From assembly GCA_051884215.1 (NCBI GenBank), contig JBJEVF010000007.1, positions 10,497 to 74,496 of the forward strand: a DNA stretch of 64,000 nt, in the 5' to 3' direction. Made by a program: the position numbers and the translations under genes. The notes beneath the pieces are model-generated. The model did no database searches. It was given only the letters and a program-made list of their open reading frames with translations, and had not been told where the DNA came from. Positions within the stretch are counted from its first letter, which is position 1, and each line of letters starts with the position of its first letter. Of this stretch, positions 1 to 10,063 are shown one piece after another. Origin of the DNA: Christensenellaceae bacterium. Lineage in GTDB: Bacteria; Bacillota; Clostridia; Christensenellales; Borkfalkiaceae.

Positions 1-743
1 AGCTGAAAGCATTCGAAGGAAGGTTCGAGTTGGTTCACGACAACTTCAAGAACTTTTCCAAGATAATGGAAAACTTAAACGTCGGGCTTATAGACGGCGC
101 ACTGCTTGACCTTGGGGTATCGAGTAAGCAGATTGACGACAGATCGAGAGGTTTTTCGTATCTTGCCAAAGACGAGCCACTGGATATGAAAATGAATCAG
201 GACGCAAGTTTTTCAGCCTACGACGTAGTAAACGGATACGATGAAAGGCGGCTTTGCAAAATAATCTTCGAATACGGAGAAGAACGCTTTGCAAAAAGCA
301 TTGCCGAACGAATCTGTCAGGTCAGGGGTAAAAACAAGATAAGAACTTGCGGAGAGCTTGTCGAGATAATCGAAAAGGCTATCCCCGATAAATTCAAGTG
401 CGACGGACATCCTGCGAAAAGAACGTTTCAGGCTTTAAGAATAGAAGTAAACGGCGAACTCGACGGATTGGATCAAGCAATTCACGACGTAGTGTTCGGA
501 CTCAGAAAGGGCGGCAGGCTTGCGGTAATGACCTTCCACTCGTTAGAGGACAGAATAGTAAAAAACGCTTTTAAAGATCTCGAAACCGATTGTATATGCG
601 ATAAGAGCTTGCCGATATGCGTTTGCGGTAAGCGCAGGGAAATTTCCATAGTGAATAAAAAGCCGATTCTCGAATCGCCCGAAGGGTTGAAAGCCAATCC
701 GAGAGCGAAAAGCGCGAAGCTGAGAATTTGCGAAAGAATATAA
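1..743 (+). CDS. rsmH: 16S rRNA (cytosine1402-N4)-methyltransferase RsmH/MraW, 5' end cut by window edge
   Basis: The frame is open from base 3 (..LKAFEGRFELVHDNF..), so the TTG at 30 is not the real start. Motifs DLGVSS, GGRLAVMTFHSLEDRIVK and ANPRAKSAKLR are present. It is the first gene of a dcw-type cluster. Confidence 0.93.
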   Translation, partial: LKAFEGRFELVHDNFKNFSKIMENLNVGLIDGALLDLGVSSKQIDDRSRGFSYLAKDEPLDMKMNQDASFSAYDVVNGYDERRLCKIIFEYGEERFAKSIAERICQVRGKNKIRTCGELVEIIEKAIPDKFKCDGHPAKRTFQALRIEVNGELDGLDQAIHDVVFGLRKGGRLAVMTFHSLEDRIVKNAFKDLETDCICDKSLPICVCGKRREISIVNKKPILESPEGLKANPRAKSAKLRICERI

Positions 744-788
744 ACGCAAATAAACGAAAAAAAAGAATAATTTATAGGGAGCGGTAAT

Positions 789-1370
789 ATGTTTAATGAC
801 AGAGAAAGCAATAACAAATCAACAAAATCTACTATCTATAAAGAATACGACAGAGCCGAAAACCAAAACGGCGTTGATAACTTTGAAAATTATTTTTATT
901 ACAATAATGAAAGAGACAGCTTTAAACAACCTGAAAACGATTACGGTTTTCAGCAATCAACCGCAACCGAAAACGAATTTGACGAAAGCGTAACTTATTA
1001 CAACGAAGAAGACATAACGCCTTCTGAAAAGACTATGAATCTGAGAAGGAATTATACCGATCGCAAGGCTGATTCCGCATTATTCGATTCGGCAAGGTTC
1101 GAAGAAGACAAAGAAGAAAATACGAGCTTCAAGCTGACCACGCGCGGAAAAACTTTGATTGCCGTTTACGCAATCGCCGTAGTGGTATTGTTTGCAGTAA
1201 TCATTCTCAACACGACTGTGCTTCGCTCGATGAATAACAGAGTGGAATCGTTGCAGGAAGAAATTCAGATTATGCAGAACGAAAATCAACAGCTCGCCGA
1301 AAAATTGGAATTCGTTCAGAGCGAAGAAGAAATCATCAGAAAAGCCCAAGAGATGGGTATGATTAAATAA
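789..1370 (+). CDS. ftsL: FtsL-like cell division protein (single TM helix plus C-terminal coiled coil) with a long N/E/Y-rich N-terminal region
   Basis: It sits between rsmH and the PBP gene. TM segment is LIAVYAIAVVVLFAVIILNTTVL, followed by a heptad-like LQEEIQIMQNENQQLAEKLEF. GGGAG RBS lies upstream of the ATG. Confidence 0.6.
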   Translation: MFNDRESNNKSTKSTIYKEYDRAENQNGVDNFENYFYYNNERDSFKQPENDYGFQQSTATENEFDESVTYYNEEDITPSEKTMNLRRNYTDRKADSALFDSARFEEDKEENTSFKLTTRGKTLIAVYAIAVVVLFAVIILNTTVLRSMNNRVESLQEEIQIMQNENQQLAEKLEFVQSEEEIIRKAQEMGMIK

Positions 1371-1425
1371 TCAGAGGCAGTTTATAGTAAAGTTTAACTT
1401 AACCGTAATACAAAAGAGGTTATTT

Positions 1426-3114
1426 GTGCTGGTATGCGCAATAACCTTTATTTTTTTGCTGATTTTGTCGAGATTTTTTTACGTTGAAGTAATTTGGGGC
1501 GACGATTTGCGAGCAAAAGCCATCGACCAATGGACGAGGGAAATTCCCGTAAAAGCGTTAAGGGGTGATATTCTTGACAGATACGGCAACGTTCTGGCTT
1601 CCACAAAACAAACCTACGCCGTATTCGTAAGACCGAGATCCGTCAAAAACGTAGAATATACCGCAGACAGGCTGTCTGAAATATTGGACTTAGACAAGGC
1701 GTGGTGCCTCGACAAGATAAAGAACGCTAAATCTTCGGAAATTACTTTGCTGAGGCAGGTCGAAAAAAGCAAAATAAACGAGCTTGAAAAACACGACTTT
1801 GACGGAGTGTATTATGCGTTGGATAACAGCAGGGTATATCCTAACAACAATCTGCTTTGTCAGACGCTCGGCATTATTTCCAACGACGGGAACGGAATTT
1901 ACGGTCTGGAAAGCTATTATAACGAATATTTAAAGGGCGTTGACGGCGAAATACTTTACGAAGCCGATTTAGTGGGAAAGGATATTTCCAAAAATCCGTC
2001 ATACAAGCCTGCCGTCAACGGTCTTGACCTTACGCTGACGATAGATCTCGACGTTCAAAAAATAGTTGAAGCCGTCGTTCAGTCGGCTTACGAAAACTAT
2101 ACGCCCAAAAACGTTTCGGCTATAGTAATGGATCCGAATAACGGCGATATTCTTGCGATTGCCTCATCGCCGAGCTTCGATCTGAATCAACCGCCGACAG
2201 ACGATTTGGCAGCGCTTAACAAGCTGTCGAGAAATACGCTCGTAGTTGATAGTTACGAGCCGGGTTCGACGTTTAAAATCTTTACTGCGGCTGCAGATAT
2301 CGAAGAGTATTCCTTGAACAATCCCGACGCTTTGTCGCTCGACTACGTTTTCAACTCGTCAAACGTAAGAGTCGTCGACGGCAGAAAAATCAAATGCTGG
2401 ACTACTCACAAAAACGGAAGACATCAGAACGAACGGTTGCAGGAAGCATTGAATAACAGCTGCAACCCGTGTTTTGTAGATATTGCGCTGTCGCTCGGAA
2501 AAGACGTCTTTTATAAATATGTAAACGCCGCAAATTTCGGGAAAGCTACGGGCGTGGATTTTCCCGGTGAAGCAATCGGAATGCTGTTGCCTGTTAGTTC
2601 CGTTACGCAAGGCGACCTTGCGAGAATGTCATTCGGTCAGACCGTTGCCGTAACGCCTTTACAGCTGATAAGCGGAGCAAGCGCGCTCGTCAACGGCGGA
2701 ATTTATTATGAACCGCATTTTATGCTCGATATGTCCGATAAAAAGTCGGGTGTGAGCGTTAAATATCAACAAAAAAGCATAAGGAGGGTGGTTTCGGAAA
2801 ATACCAGCAAAATTTTAGCGGGCTATCTTGAAAACGTAGTGGCTTGCGGTAGCGGTAAAAACGCTTTTATCGAAGGTTATAGAGTGGGCGGTAAAACGGG
2901 TACTGCGCAAAAGTTTGAAGACGGTAAAATCGCACAAGGCAAATACGTTATGTCTTTTTTGGGATTTTTCCCTGCGAATCAACCTAAATACATTGCGCTT
3001 TTAACCGTTGACGAGCCTGTCGGAGGAAGTTACGGCTCGACTGTCAGCGCGCCGCTCGTAAAGGAAATCTTTCAGGGCATTATTCAGGCAAAAAATATTC
3101 AGGAAATAAAGTGA
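1426..3114 (+). CDS. Class B penicillin-binding protein (FtsI/SpoVD-type transpeptidase, no PASTA domains)
   Basis: N-terminal TM helix. Transpeptidase motifs are STFK (GSTFKIF), SxN (NNSCNP) and KTG (GGKTGTA). GTG start with AAGAGG RBS. dcw position. Confidence 0.9.
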   Translation: MLVCAITFIFLLILSRFFYVEVIWGDDLRAKAIDQWTREIPVKALRGDILDRYGNVLASTKQTYAVFVRPRSVKNVEYTADRLSEILDLDKAWCLDKIKNAKSSEITLLRQVEKSKINELEKHDFDGVYYALDNSRVYPNNNLLCQTLGIISNDGNGIYGLESYYNEYLKGVDGEILYEADLVGKDISKNPSYKPAVNGLDLTLTIDLDVQKIVEAVVQSAYENYTPKNVSAIVMDPNNGDILAIASSPSFDLNQPPTDDLAALNKLSRNTLVVDSYEPGSTFKIFTAAADIEEYSLNNPDALSLDYVFNSSNVRVVDGRKIKCWTTHKNGRHQNERLQEALNNSCNPCFVDIALSLGKDVFYKYVNAANFGKATGVDFPGEAIGMLLPVSSVTQGDLARMSFGQTVAVTPLQLISGASALVNGGIYYEPHFMLDMSDKKSGVSVKYQQKSIRRVVSENTSKILAGYLENVVACGSGKNAFIEGYRVGGKTGTAQKFEDGKIAQGKYVMSFLGFFPANQPKYIALLTVDEPVGGSYGSTVSAPLVKEIFQGIIQAKNIQEIK

Positions 3115-3120
3115 AATAAT

Positions 3121-4551
3121 ATGAAATTAAGCGAAATTTTAAAGAACGTCGTCACTGAAGAATTTGATGAGCAAGAGATACTATCCGTCTGTTTCGACAG
3201 TCAGTCCGTTGAAAAAAACAGTATGTTTTTTTGTTTGAAGGGCGAAAACCGCAACGGTGAAGATTTCGTTTTACAGGCGATAGAAAAAGGGGCTGTTTGC
3301 GTCGTTTCCGAAAGAAAACTCGATATTCCGGTTCGGAACGTCGTCGTGAAAGACGTAAGAGAGGCGCTGAGTCTGTGTTCTGCTAACTTTTACGGCAATC
3401 CGCAAACGGGTTTGAAGATTATAGGCGTTGTCGGCACCAACGGAAAAACTTCTACCACGAAAATCATTCAGGCTATTTTGTGTGAAGCAATGATTCCTTG
3501 CGCAACGATTGGCACGCTCGGCGTGAATTTTGACGGAAAAAATTACTCGTCAAAATTGACAACGCCCGATCCAACTGAGTTGTATAAGCATTTTAGCGAT
3601 TTGAAAAAACTCGGTGCAAAGGTGGTCGCTATGGAAGTTTCCGCACACGCAATCGCCTTGAAAAAGGTCTGCGGCATTAAATTCGATACGCTCGTATTCA
3701 CTAATTGCACGCAGGACCACCTTGATTATTTCAAAGACTTCGAAACTTATAAATCCGTCAAGAAAAGTATTTTCAATAAGAATTTAGCTGAAAATATTAT
3801 CGTAAACACCGATGATCCGCTCGGCGTCGAAATACTCAACGAGGTTGAGGGCGTAACGAGCTATGCGATTAAAAATCCCGCAGACGTTTTTGCCGTAAAT
3901 CAGCGAGTAGGAATAAGCGGCACGTCCTTCGTAATCAATATTTTCGACGAGATTTACGACGTAAAAACAAAGCTTGTCGGCGCGTTCAATATTTACAATA
4001 TTCTGGCTTCTATGACGGCGGCTCGACTTATGGGCGTAAGCCTTGAAGTTATGGTAAAAGCCGTAAAGAAGCTTCAACCGATAAGCGGTAGAATGGAGAA
4101 GGTTGCCGTGTATAACGGTGGTTGCGTATTCGTCGATTACGCACACACTCCCGACGGTCTTGAAAAAGCGTTGATAAGTTTAAGAAAGGTCACGAAAAAC
4201 AATCTTTATCTTGTTTTTGGTTGCGGAGGCAACCGAGATTCGTCAAAACGGCAGATTATGGGCAGAATAGCAGGCGACCTTGCGGATTTTTCGGTAATCA
4301 CAAGCGATAATCCGCGCTTTGAGGACAGCTATAAAATTATTTCGCAGATAGAGTGCGGACTAAGGGAATCGAGCCTTGATTATATCTGCATCGAAAACCG
4401 CAAAAAAGCTATTATATACGGTTTAAAATTGCTCGGTGTGGGCGATAATCTGCTAATAGCCGGAAAAGGTTCGGAAAACTATCAGGAGATTATGGGAGTA
4501 TTTCACGAATTCAGCGATAAAGGAGTTGTTTTAGAATATATCGATGGCTAA
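3121..4551 (+). CDS. murE: UDP-N-acetylmuramoyl-L-alanyl-D-glutamate--2,6-diaminopimelate ligase MurE
   Basis: Mur ligase P-loop GVVGTNGKTST. The DNPR motif (ITSDNPRFED) is typical of meso-DAP-adding MurE. dcw position. Confidence 0.93.
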   Translation: MKLSEILKNVVTEEFDEQEILSVCFDSQSVEKNSMFFCLKGENRNGEDFVLQAIEKGAVCVVSERKLDIPVRNVVVKDVREALSLCSANFYGNPQTGLKIIGVVGTNGKTSTTKIIQAILCEAMIPCATIGTLGVNFDGKNYSSKLTTPDPTELYKHFSDLKKLGAKVVAMEVSAHAIALKKVCGIKFDTLVFTNCTQDHLDYFKDFETYKSVKKSIFNKNLAENIIVNTDDPLGVEILNEVEGVTSYAIKNPADVFAVNQRVGISGTSFVINIFDEIYDVKTKLVGAFNIYNILASMTAARLMGVSLEVMVKAVKKLQPISGRMEKVAVYNGGCVFVDYAHTPDGLEKALISLRKVTKNNLYLVFGCGGNRDSSKRQIMGRIAGDLADFSVITSDNPRFEDSYKIISQIECGLRESSLDYICIENRKKAIIYGLKLLGVGDNLLIAGKGSENYQEIMGVFHEFSDKGVVLEYIDG

Positions 4552-5533
4552 GAGGCTTTTGTTTGCGTTCGTACTGTCGGTTGTTTTATCGATCGTGCTT
4601 GCAAAAATATTTATTCCACAGCTTAAAAAAATGAAGGCGGGGCAAACTATACTCTGCTATTTAAAGGAGCATTTTTCGAAAAGCGGAACGCCCACGATGG
4701 GCGGTCTGTTTTTTGTTGGCTCGGCAGTAGTCAGTTTTTTCGTGTTTAAAAACGGAAATGCGCTTTTGGCAGAAGTTGCGTTGCTTATTTGCGTCTGTTA
4801 TGCCGTAGTAGGTTTTTTGGATGATTTCATAAAGATAAAATTTTGTCAGAATCAGGGGCTGACTCCGTTTCAAAAAATGCTGTTCCAATTCTTCGTTGCG
4901 TTGTTGAGCGGAATATTCTGTTACAGAATGGGACTTGATAAAATTTTCATACCGTACACCAGACGGCTGGTTGAGACGGGAATATGGATAATTCCGATAA
5001 GTATTTTTGTTTTTATTGCAACCACGAATGCGGTAAATCTGTGCGACGGACTCGACGCTCTTTGCGGAACGACCTCTAAAACCGCATTTATCTTTACTGC
5101 GCTGCTTATATTTTTACAGACGTCGGCTATGCCAAAGGTGTACGTCGATAAAAGCGAATATCAAAATCTTATTCTGCTTTTAACGGCGTTCGTAGGCGCT
5201 TTGGACGGATTTTTGCTGTTCAACACCAATAGGGCGAGCGTTTTTATGGGCGATACGGGTTCGCTTGCGCTGGGCGGACTTTTCGCAAGCGTAATGATTT
5301 TTTCATCGAATTTGTTGTATATTCCGATTATGGGAATAATGTTCGTTCTTAGCGGAATATCTGTGATATTACAGGTCATATATTATAAAAAGACGGGGAA
5401 AAGGCTGTTTCTTATGGCGCCGCTTCATCACCATTTTCAGCACCTTGGCTACGGCGAACCGAAAATCGTTTTCGGCTATAAGATTGTAACCGTACTTTTC
5501 TCCCTGACTGCAATATTTGTTTTTATTGGGTGA
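4544..5533 (+). CDS. mraY: Phospho-N-acetylmuramoyl-pentapeptide transferase MraY
   Basis: Polytopic membrane protein with TPTMGG, NAVNLCDGLDAL, MGDTGSLALGG and APLHHHF motifs. The start overlaps the murE stop. Confidence 0.95.
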   Translation: MAKRLLFAFVLSVVLSIVLAKIFIPQLKKMKAGQTILCYLKEHFSKSGTPTMGGLFFVGSAVVSFFVFKNGNALLAEVALLICVCYAVVGFLDDFIKIKFCQNQGLTPFQKMLFQFFVALLSGIFCYRMGLDKIFIPYTRRLVETGIWIIPISIFVFIATTNAVNLCDGLDALCGTTSKTAFIFTALLIFLQTSAMPKVYVDKSEYQNLILLLTAFVGALDGFLLFNTNRASVFMGDTGSLALGGLFASVMIFSSNLLYIPIMGIMFVLSGISVILQVIYYKKTGKRLFLMAPLHHHFQHLGYGEPKIVFGYKIVTVLFSLTAIFVFIG

Positions 5534-6885
5534 TTATGTATATAAAAAATGGAAAATTCTTAGTTCTCGGGTTGGGTAAAAGCGGTTATTATGCGTGCAA
5601 GCTGATTTTGGACAGGGGCGGAAAATGTGCGTTTTTCGACCAAGGAAAAAGCTCGGCAATCATGGAAAGAAAGCTGAGCCTTGAAAAGCTTGGCGCAACC
5701 GAAGTGAAAAGCGACGCCTTTTCAGCGGTAAAATGGTGCGATCAGGTGGTTATATCTCCGGGAATTCCTATCGATAACGAGATAGCCGTTTTTGCCAAGA
5801 AAAACGGTAAAGCCGTGATAAGCGAGCTTGATTTGGGGCTTGGGTTGGTTACGGCTCCCATAGTCGCCGTAACGGGTACTAACGGTAAAACTACTACTGC
5901 GACGCTTATAAACGAAATCGTCAGATGCGCAGGGTTGAAATCTCAGCTTTTGGGCAATATCGGCGAGCCTGTTACCAAGCATATCGGCGAAATAGATGAC
6001 GATACCGTCTGCGTGACCGAAGTTTCGAGTTTTCAGATGGAATCTACGAGAAAGCTTTGCCCTCATATTGCGGTAGAGCTTAACGTGACGCCAGATCACC
6101 TCGAAAGGCATTATACGCTGGATAACTACGTCTATCTGAAAAGAAAACTGTTGCAGAATTCTACGAACACCGAATTTGCCGTGCTTAATTACGACGATTT
6201 GAACGTCAGGGCGTTTGCTCGGCAGACAAAGGCAAAATGCGTGTTTTTTTCAGTTAAATACAAGGTGGAAGGAGCGTACGTTTCTGAAGGTAAAATCTAT
6301 TATTTCGACAAACCCGTTATGCCGCTTGACGTAATTAAAACCGTTGGCGAGCATAACGTATCCAACACGTTGGCGAGCGTATGCGTCGCCAAGCTGTTGA
6401 ATATCGCCGACGAAGCGATCTGTCAGGCTGTCGGCAACTTTTACGGAGTAAGGCACAGAATGGAAAAGGTTTACGCCGTGGACGAAATATCCTACATAGA
6501 CGATTCTAAGGCGACGAACGTCGATTCAACCATAAAAGCGATAAAATGTATGAAAGAACCCACTGTAATAATTCTCGGCGGAAAGGATAAGGGGCTTGAT
6601 TATAACGAGCTGTTCAGCGCGTTAAAAGACTCGTCTGTTATTCACGCTGTTTTGACGGGAGAAAACAAAAACAAGATGCTGGAATACGCAGTGAATAGCG
6701 ACTATAAAAACGTCAGCGTCGCAAACGATTTCGAAAACGCCGTTACTTTGGCTAAAAAGGCTTGTCCCGTCGGCGGAAACGTATTGCTCAGCCCTGCGAC
6801 TTCAAGCTTCGACTGTTTTAAAAATTTTGAAGAAAGGGGCGATTCGTTCGTAAGGATTGTTAAAAAAATAAATGAAAGTATTTAA
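5530..6885 (+). CDS. murD: UDP-N-acetylmuramoylalanine--D-glutamate ligase MurD
   Basis: VTGTNGKTTTA P-loop, DDSKATN motif and 451 aa length. The start overlaps the mraY stop (GTG 5530 or ATG 5536). Confidence 0.93.
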   Translation: MIMYIKNGKFLVLGLGKSGYYACKLILDRGGKCAFFDQGKSSAIMERKLSLEKLGATEVKSDAFSAVKWCDQVVISPGIPIDNEIAVFAKKNGKAVISELDLGLGLVTAPIVAVTGTNGKTTTATLINEIVRCAGLKSQLLGNIGEPVTKHIGEIDDDTVCVTEVSSFQMESTRKLCPHIAVELNVTPDHLERHYTLDNYVYLKRKLLQNSTNTEFAVLNYDDLNVRAFARQTKAKCVFFSVKYKVEGAYVSEGKIYYFDKPVMPLDVIKTVGEHNVSNTLASVCVAKLLNIADEAICQAVGNFYGVRHRMEKVYAVDEISYIDDSKATNVDSTIKAIKCMKEPTVIILGGKDKGLDYNELFSALKDSSVIHAVLTGENKNKMLEYAVNSDYKNVSVANDFENAVTLAKKACPVGGNVLLSPATSSFDCFKNFEERGDSFVRIVKKINESI

Positions 6886-8005
6886 GGAAATTAAAAACAA
6901 AAGGGGGCTGACGCTCCTTTTTTTGGTAAGCGTAATAGCTGTTTCAGGAATAATCTTCGTTTATTCGGCAAGCAGTTACGTCTCTGAAACGACCTACGGT
7001 AACAGATTTTATTTTGCTAAGAAGCAGGCGATAGGAGTCTGTCTCGGATTTATGGGAATGATATTTTTCGCCAACTTCGATTACAGGAAATTGAAGGGAA
7101 AATCAATTTACGTTTATGTGATTTCCGTAATCTTATTGGGTTTGGTATTCGTACCTAAAATATCCGTTGAAATTTACGGCGCAAAGCGGTGGATAACGCT
7201 CGGCTTTTTTACGTTACAGCCTTCCGAAATAGCAAAATTCGCGCTCGTTTTGGTTTATGCAGATTATTTCGGCAAAAACCTTGAAAGAATAAAGAGCTTC
7301 AAAACCCTGATACCGCCGTTGCTATACGGACTGATAATCTGCGGTCTGATTATTGCCGAGCCTAATATGTCCATAACCGTTTGCGTCGGGATTTTAATGA
7401 TTTCAATGCTTTTTTTGCTCGGATTAAAATTCAGATATTTGGCGATAATCCTGTTGCCGTGTTTAGCGATGATACCCGTACTTATAATATTGGAGCCTTA
7501 CAGACTTATGCGCCTTATGGCGTTCATCAATCCGTGGGCTAATCCAAAGGGCGAGGGGTATCAGCTGTTGCAGTCCTATTACGCCTTAGGCTCGGGCGGA
7601 TTTTTCGGAGTCGGATTGTTTCATTCGAGGCAAAAATACAAATTTTTGCCGTTTGCCGAAAGCGATTTTATATTGTCGGTAATCGGCGAGGAGATAGGGT
7701 TTATCGGAACTTCGGCGTTGTTTTTAACGTTTCTGTCCGTAATCGTCATAGGTTTGAACATAGCGAAAAAATCGACGAACGTATATTCTTACATACTTTG
7801 CATAGGTATTACGCTTGTATATGCTATTCAGGTTGCCGTCAACGCGCTCGTAGTCACGGGGAGCATACCGCCTACGGGCTTGCCGTTGCCGCTTATATCT
7901 TCGGGCAACACTTCGATAATAGTCTTTATGTCTGCGTTCGGAATAATGTATAACGTTTCTAAGGAGCAAAGCTCGCCTTTAACCAAAAATCTGCTGATTT
8001 CATAA
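6872..8005 (+). CDS. ftsW: SEDS-family peptidoglycan glycosyltransferase FtsW/SpoVE
   Basis: About 10 TM segments. Motifs are LQPSEIAKF, ESDFILSVIGEE(I)GF and PPTGLPLPLISSGNTS. Located downstream of murD. Confidence 0.92.
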   Translation: MKVFKEIKNKRGLTLLFLVSVIAVSGIIFVYSASSYVSETTYGNRFYFAKKQAIGVCLGFMGMIFFANFDYRKLKGKSIYVYVISVILLGLVFVPKISVEIYGAKRWITLGFFTLQPSEIAKFALVLVYADYFGKNLERIKSFKTLIPPLLYGLIICGLIIAEPNMSITVCVGILMISMLFLLGLKFRYLAIILLPCLAMIPVLIILEPYRLMRLMAFINPWANPKGEGYQLLQSYYALGSGGFFGVGLFHSRQKYKFLPFAESDFILSVIGEEIGFIGTSALFLTFLSVIVIGLNIAKKSTNVYSYILCIGITLVYAIQVAVNALVVTGSIPPTGLPLPLISSGNTSIIVFMSAFGIMYNVSKEQSSPLTKNLLIS

Positions 8006-8032
8006 AATATTATACGTTGGTAGAGGTGACGT

Positions 8033-9277
8033 ATGAAATACGAAATTATAGGCGGAAACAAACTTTTCGGAGAGGTGAAAATACAGTCTGCAAAGAATTC
8101 CGTGCTATTGATTTTGGTTGCGAGTATTCTATCAAACGGCGGCGTTTACATCAACAACACTCCAAAGATTTACGACGTTTTGTGTATGGCTAAAATACTT
8201 CGCAGTCTCGGCGCAAAAGTGATTTTCGACGAAGACGGAATTTATATAGACGCAAGCAGGTTGAAAACTACCGTTATGCCTAAAAAGCTGACCAATAATA
8301 TTCGTGCGTCGTTTTTTATGGTCGGACCTTTACTTGCTAAATACAAATGCGCTACGATATCCAAGCCGGGCGGTTGCAAGATCGGCGCAAGGCCGGTCGA
8401 TATACATATAGAAGCGTTCAAAAAGATGAACGTAAACTGCACTTCTGACGGTGAAAATATGAATTTTTTCACGACGGGTTTAAAAGGTGCGAATATCAGA
8501 TTAAAATATCCGTCTGTCGGAGCGACTGAAAATATCATTATGGCGGCAAGTCTTGCCGAAGGCTGTACTCGTATAGAAAACGCAGCCAGAGAACCGGAAA
8601 TAAAAGATTTGCAGAATTTCATCAATCTGCTCGGCGGAAGAGTGTTCGGGGCAGGAACCGACGTTATAGAAGTTTACGGCGTAAATAAGCTTTTCGGTTG
8701 CGAATTTACGCCTATTTCGGACAGAATTGAAACGGGTACTTTTATATCGGCGGTGTGTATGTGCGGCGGCGACGTTATGCTGTCCAATGCAAATTATCAA
8801 AATATTTTACCGCTTATTAAAAAAATTGAAAATAATACTTGCAAAATAACCTATGATAATGTTAATATATATATACAAGCTAATAATAAGTTAAACGGGT
8901 TGGGAAAAATCGTTACTATGCCTTACCCGGGTTTTCCGACCGACCTGCAACCTATCGTCGTAGCGTTGGCTTCTACGCTCAACGGCTATACCGAAGTTAA
9001 AGAAACCGTCTTTGAATCCCGGTTCAGATACGTTGACGAGCTGATCAAGATGGGCGCCGATCTCAAGGTTGCGGATAACACGGTTTTCTGTCACGGCGCG
9101 CCGTTGCACGGCGCAAAGGTTTATGCGCCCGATTTAAGGGGCGGTGCGAGCTTGTGTTTAGCCGGTCTTGCAGCCGAAGGTAAGACCGAAGTTTACGACG
9201 TATGCCATATCGAAAGGGGCTACCAGGACTTCGATTTGAAGCTGCAAAAAATCGGCGTGATTATCAACAAAAGATAG
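8033..9277 (+). CDS. murA: UDP-N-acetylglucosamine 1-carboxyvinyltransferase MurA
   Basis: N-terminal I.GG.KL.GEV.I..AKNS, active-site loop KPGGCKIGARPVD (Cys form), C-terminal HIERGY. GAGGTG RBS. Confidence 0.93.
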   Translation: MKYEIIGGNKLFGEVKIQSAKNSVLLILVASILSNGGVYINNTPKIYDVLCMAKILRSLGAKVIFDEDGIYIDASRLKTTVMPKKLTNNIRASFFMVGPLLAKYKCATISKPGGCKIGARPVDIHIEAFKKMNVNCTSDGENMNFFTTGLKGANIRLKYPSVGATENIIMAASLAEGCTRIENAAREPEIKDLQNFINLLGGRVFGAGTDVIEVYGVNKLFGCEFTPISDRIETGTFISAVCMCGGDVMLSNANYQNILPLIKKIENNTCKITYDNVNIYIQANNKLNGLGKIVTMPYPGFPTDLQPIVVALASTLNGYTEVKETVFESRFRYVDELIKMGADLKVADNTVFCHGAPLHGAKVYAPDLRGGASLCLAGLAAEGKTEVYDVCHIERGYQDFDLKLQKIGVIINKR

Positions 9278-9285
9278 GAGTTGTT

Positions 9286-10056
9286 ATGAGACACGCTAAA
9301 TGGCTTTTCGTGCTATATTCCATTTGTTTTATCGCAATGGCTGTTTTGTTGTGTCAGTCGCTTTTCAGCGTCAGCGACGTCATCGTGACCTATTCGGTTT
9401 ACACTGATTCCGACACCTTGAAAACAGCGCAGCTTCTTCAGGAATACAAAGGTAAAAATCTCATTTTTTTAAATACTGAAAAAATAAAGAACAACGTTAC
9501 GGAAAACACGCTCTTTAAAGTTGAAAGCGTCAGAAAAGCTTATCCGAACAAGTTGGAAATCAACCTGAAATCCTGTCGCGAGCGTTTCGCCGTAAAGACG
9601 AATGCGGGATACGTTATTTTAGACGACGAGTATATGGTTTGCGACGTGCGTAACAATCTTGACAACTCCTCGGATAATTTAAAAAATATCCTTATTGAGT
9701 TTGAAAACGAACGGGGAAATTTTGAAAATCTGAAAATCAAAGATTATCTGACTTTTTCTAATCAAGACGTTCTCGATTCGTTGAAAACCGTAATATCCGC
9801 AATCGATTCGCCGAGAGATTTCATATCTTCGGTTCGTATCGAAGAAAAAGAAAAGGGTTCGAATTACTACGTCTATTTGACGACGGTAGAAGGCGTCGAA
9901 ATAGAATTGAGAAAAGTCTTATCAAAACCTGAGGAAAAGACTTTGGCGGGAGTTGAAAAATACCGCAGTTTATCCGACAGCGACAGGCTTATTGCAAAGA
10001 TTGCCGTTTACGAGTCGGTGTCGGGCGATATAGTTGCAACTTTCACAAAGAGATAG
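9286..10056 (+). CDS. ftsQ: FtsQ/DivIB-like cell division protein (TM helix plus POTRA)
   Basis: ATG at 9286 is preceded by GGAG, so the ORF-track start at 9202 inside murA is rejected. N-terminal TM helix, a POTRA-like segment (VESVRKAYPNKLEINL), and a position between the mur genes and ftsA. Confidence 0.7.
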   Translation: MRHAKWLFVLYSICFIAMAVLLCQSLFSVSDVIVTYSVYTDSDTLKTAQLLQEYKGKNLIFLNTEKIKNNVTENTLFKVESVRKAYPNKLEINLKSCRERFAVKTNAGYVILDDEYMVCDVRNNLDNSSDNLKNILIEFENERGNFENLKIKDYLTFSNQDVLDSLKTVISAIDSPRDFISSVRIEEKEKGSNYYVYLTTVEGVEIELRKVLSKPEEKTLAGVEKYRSLSDSDRLIAKIAVYESVSGDIVATFTKR

Positions 10057-10063
10057 GTGATTT

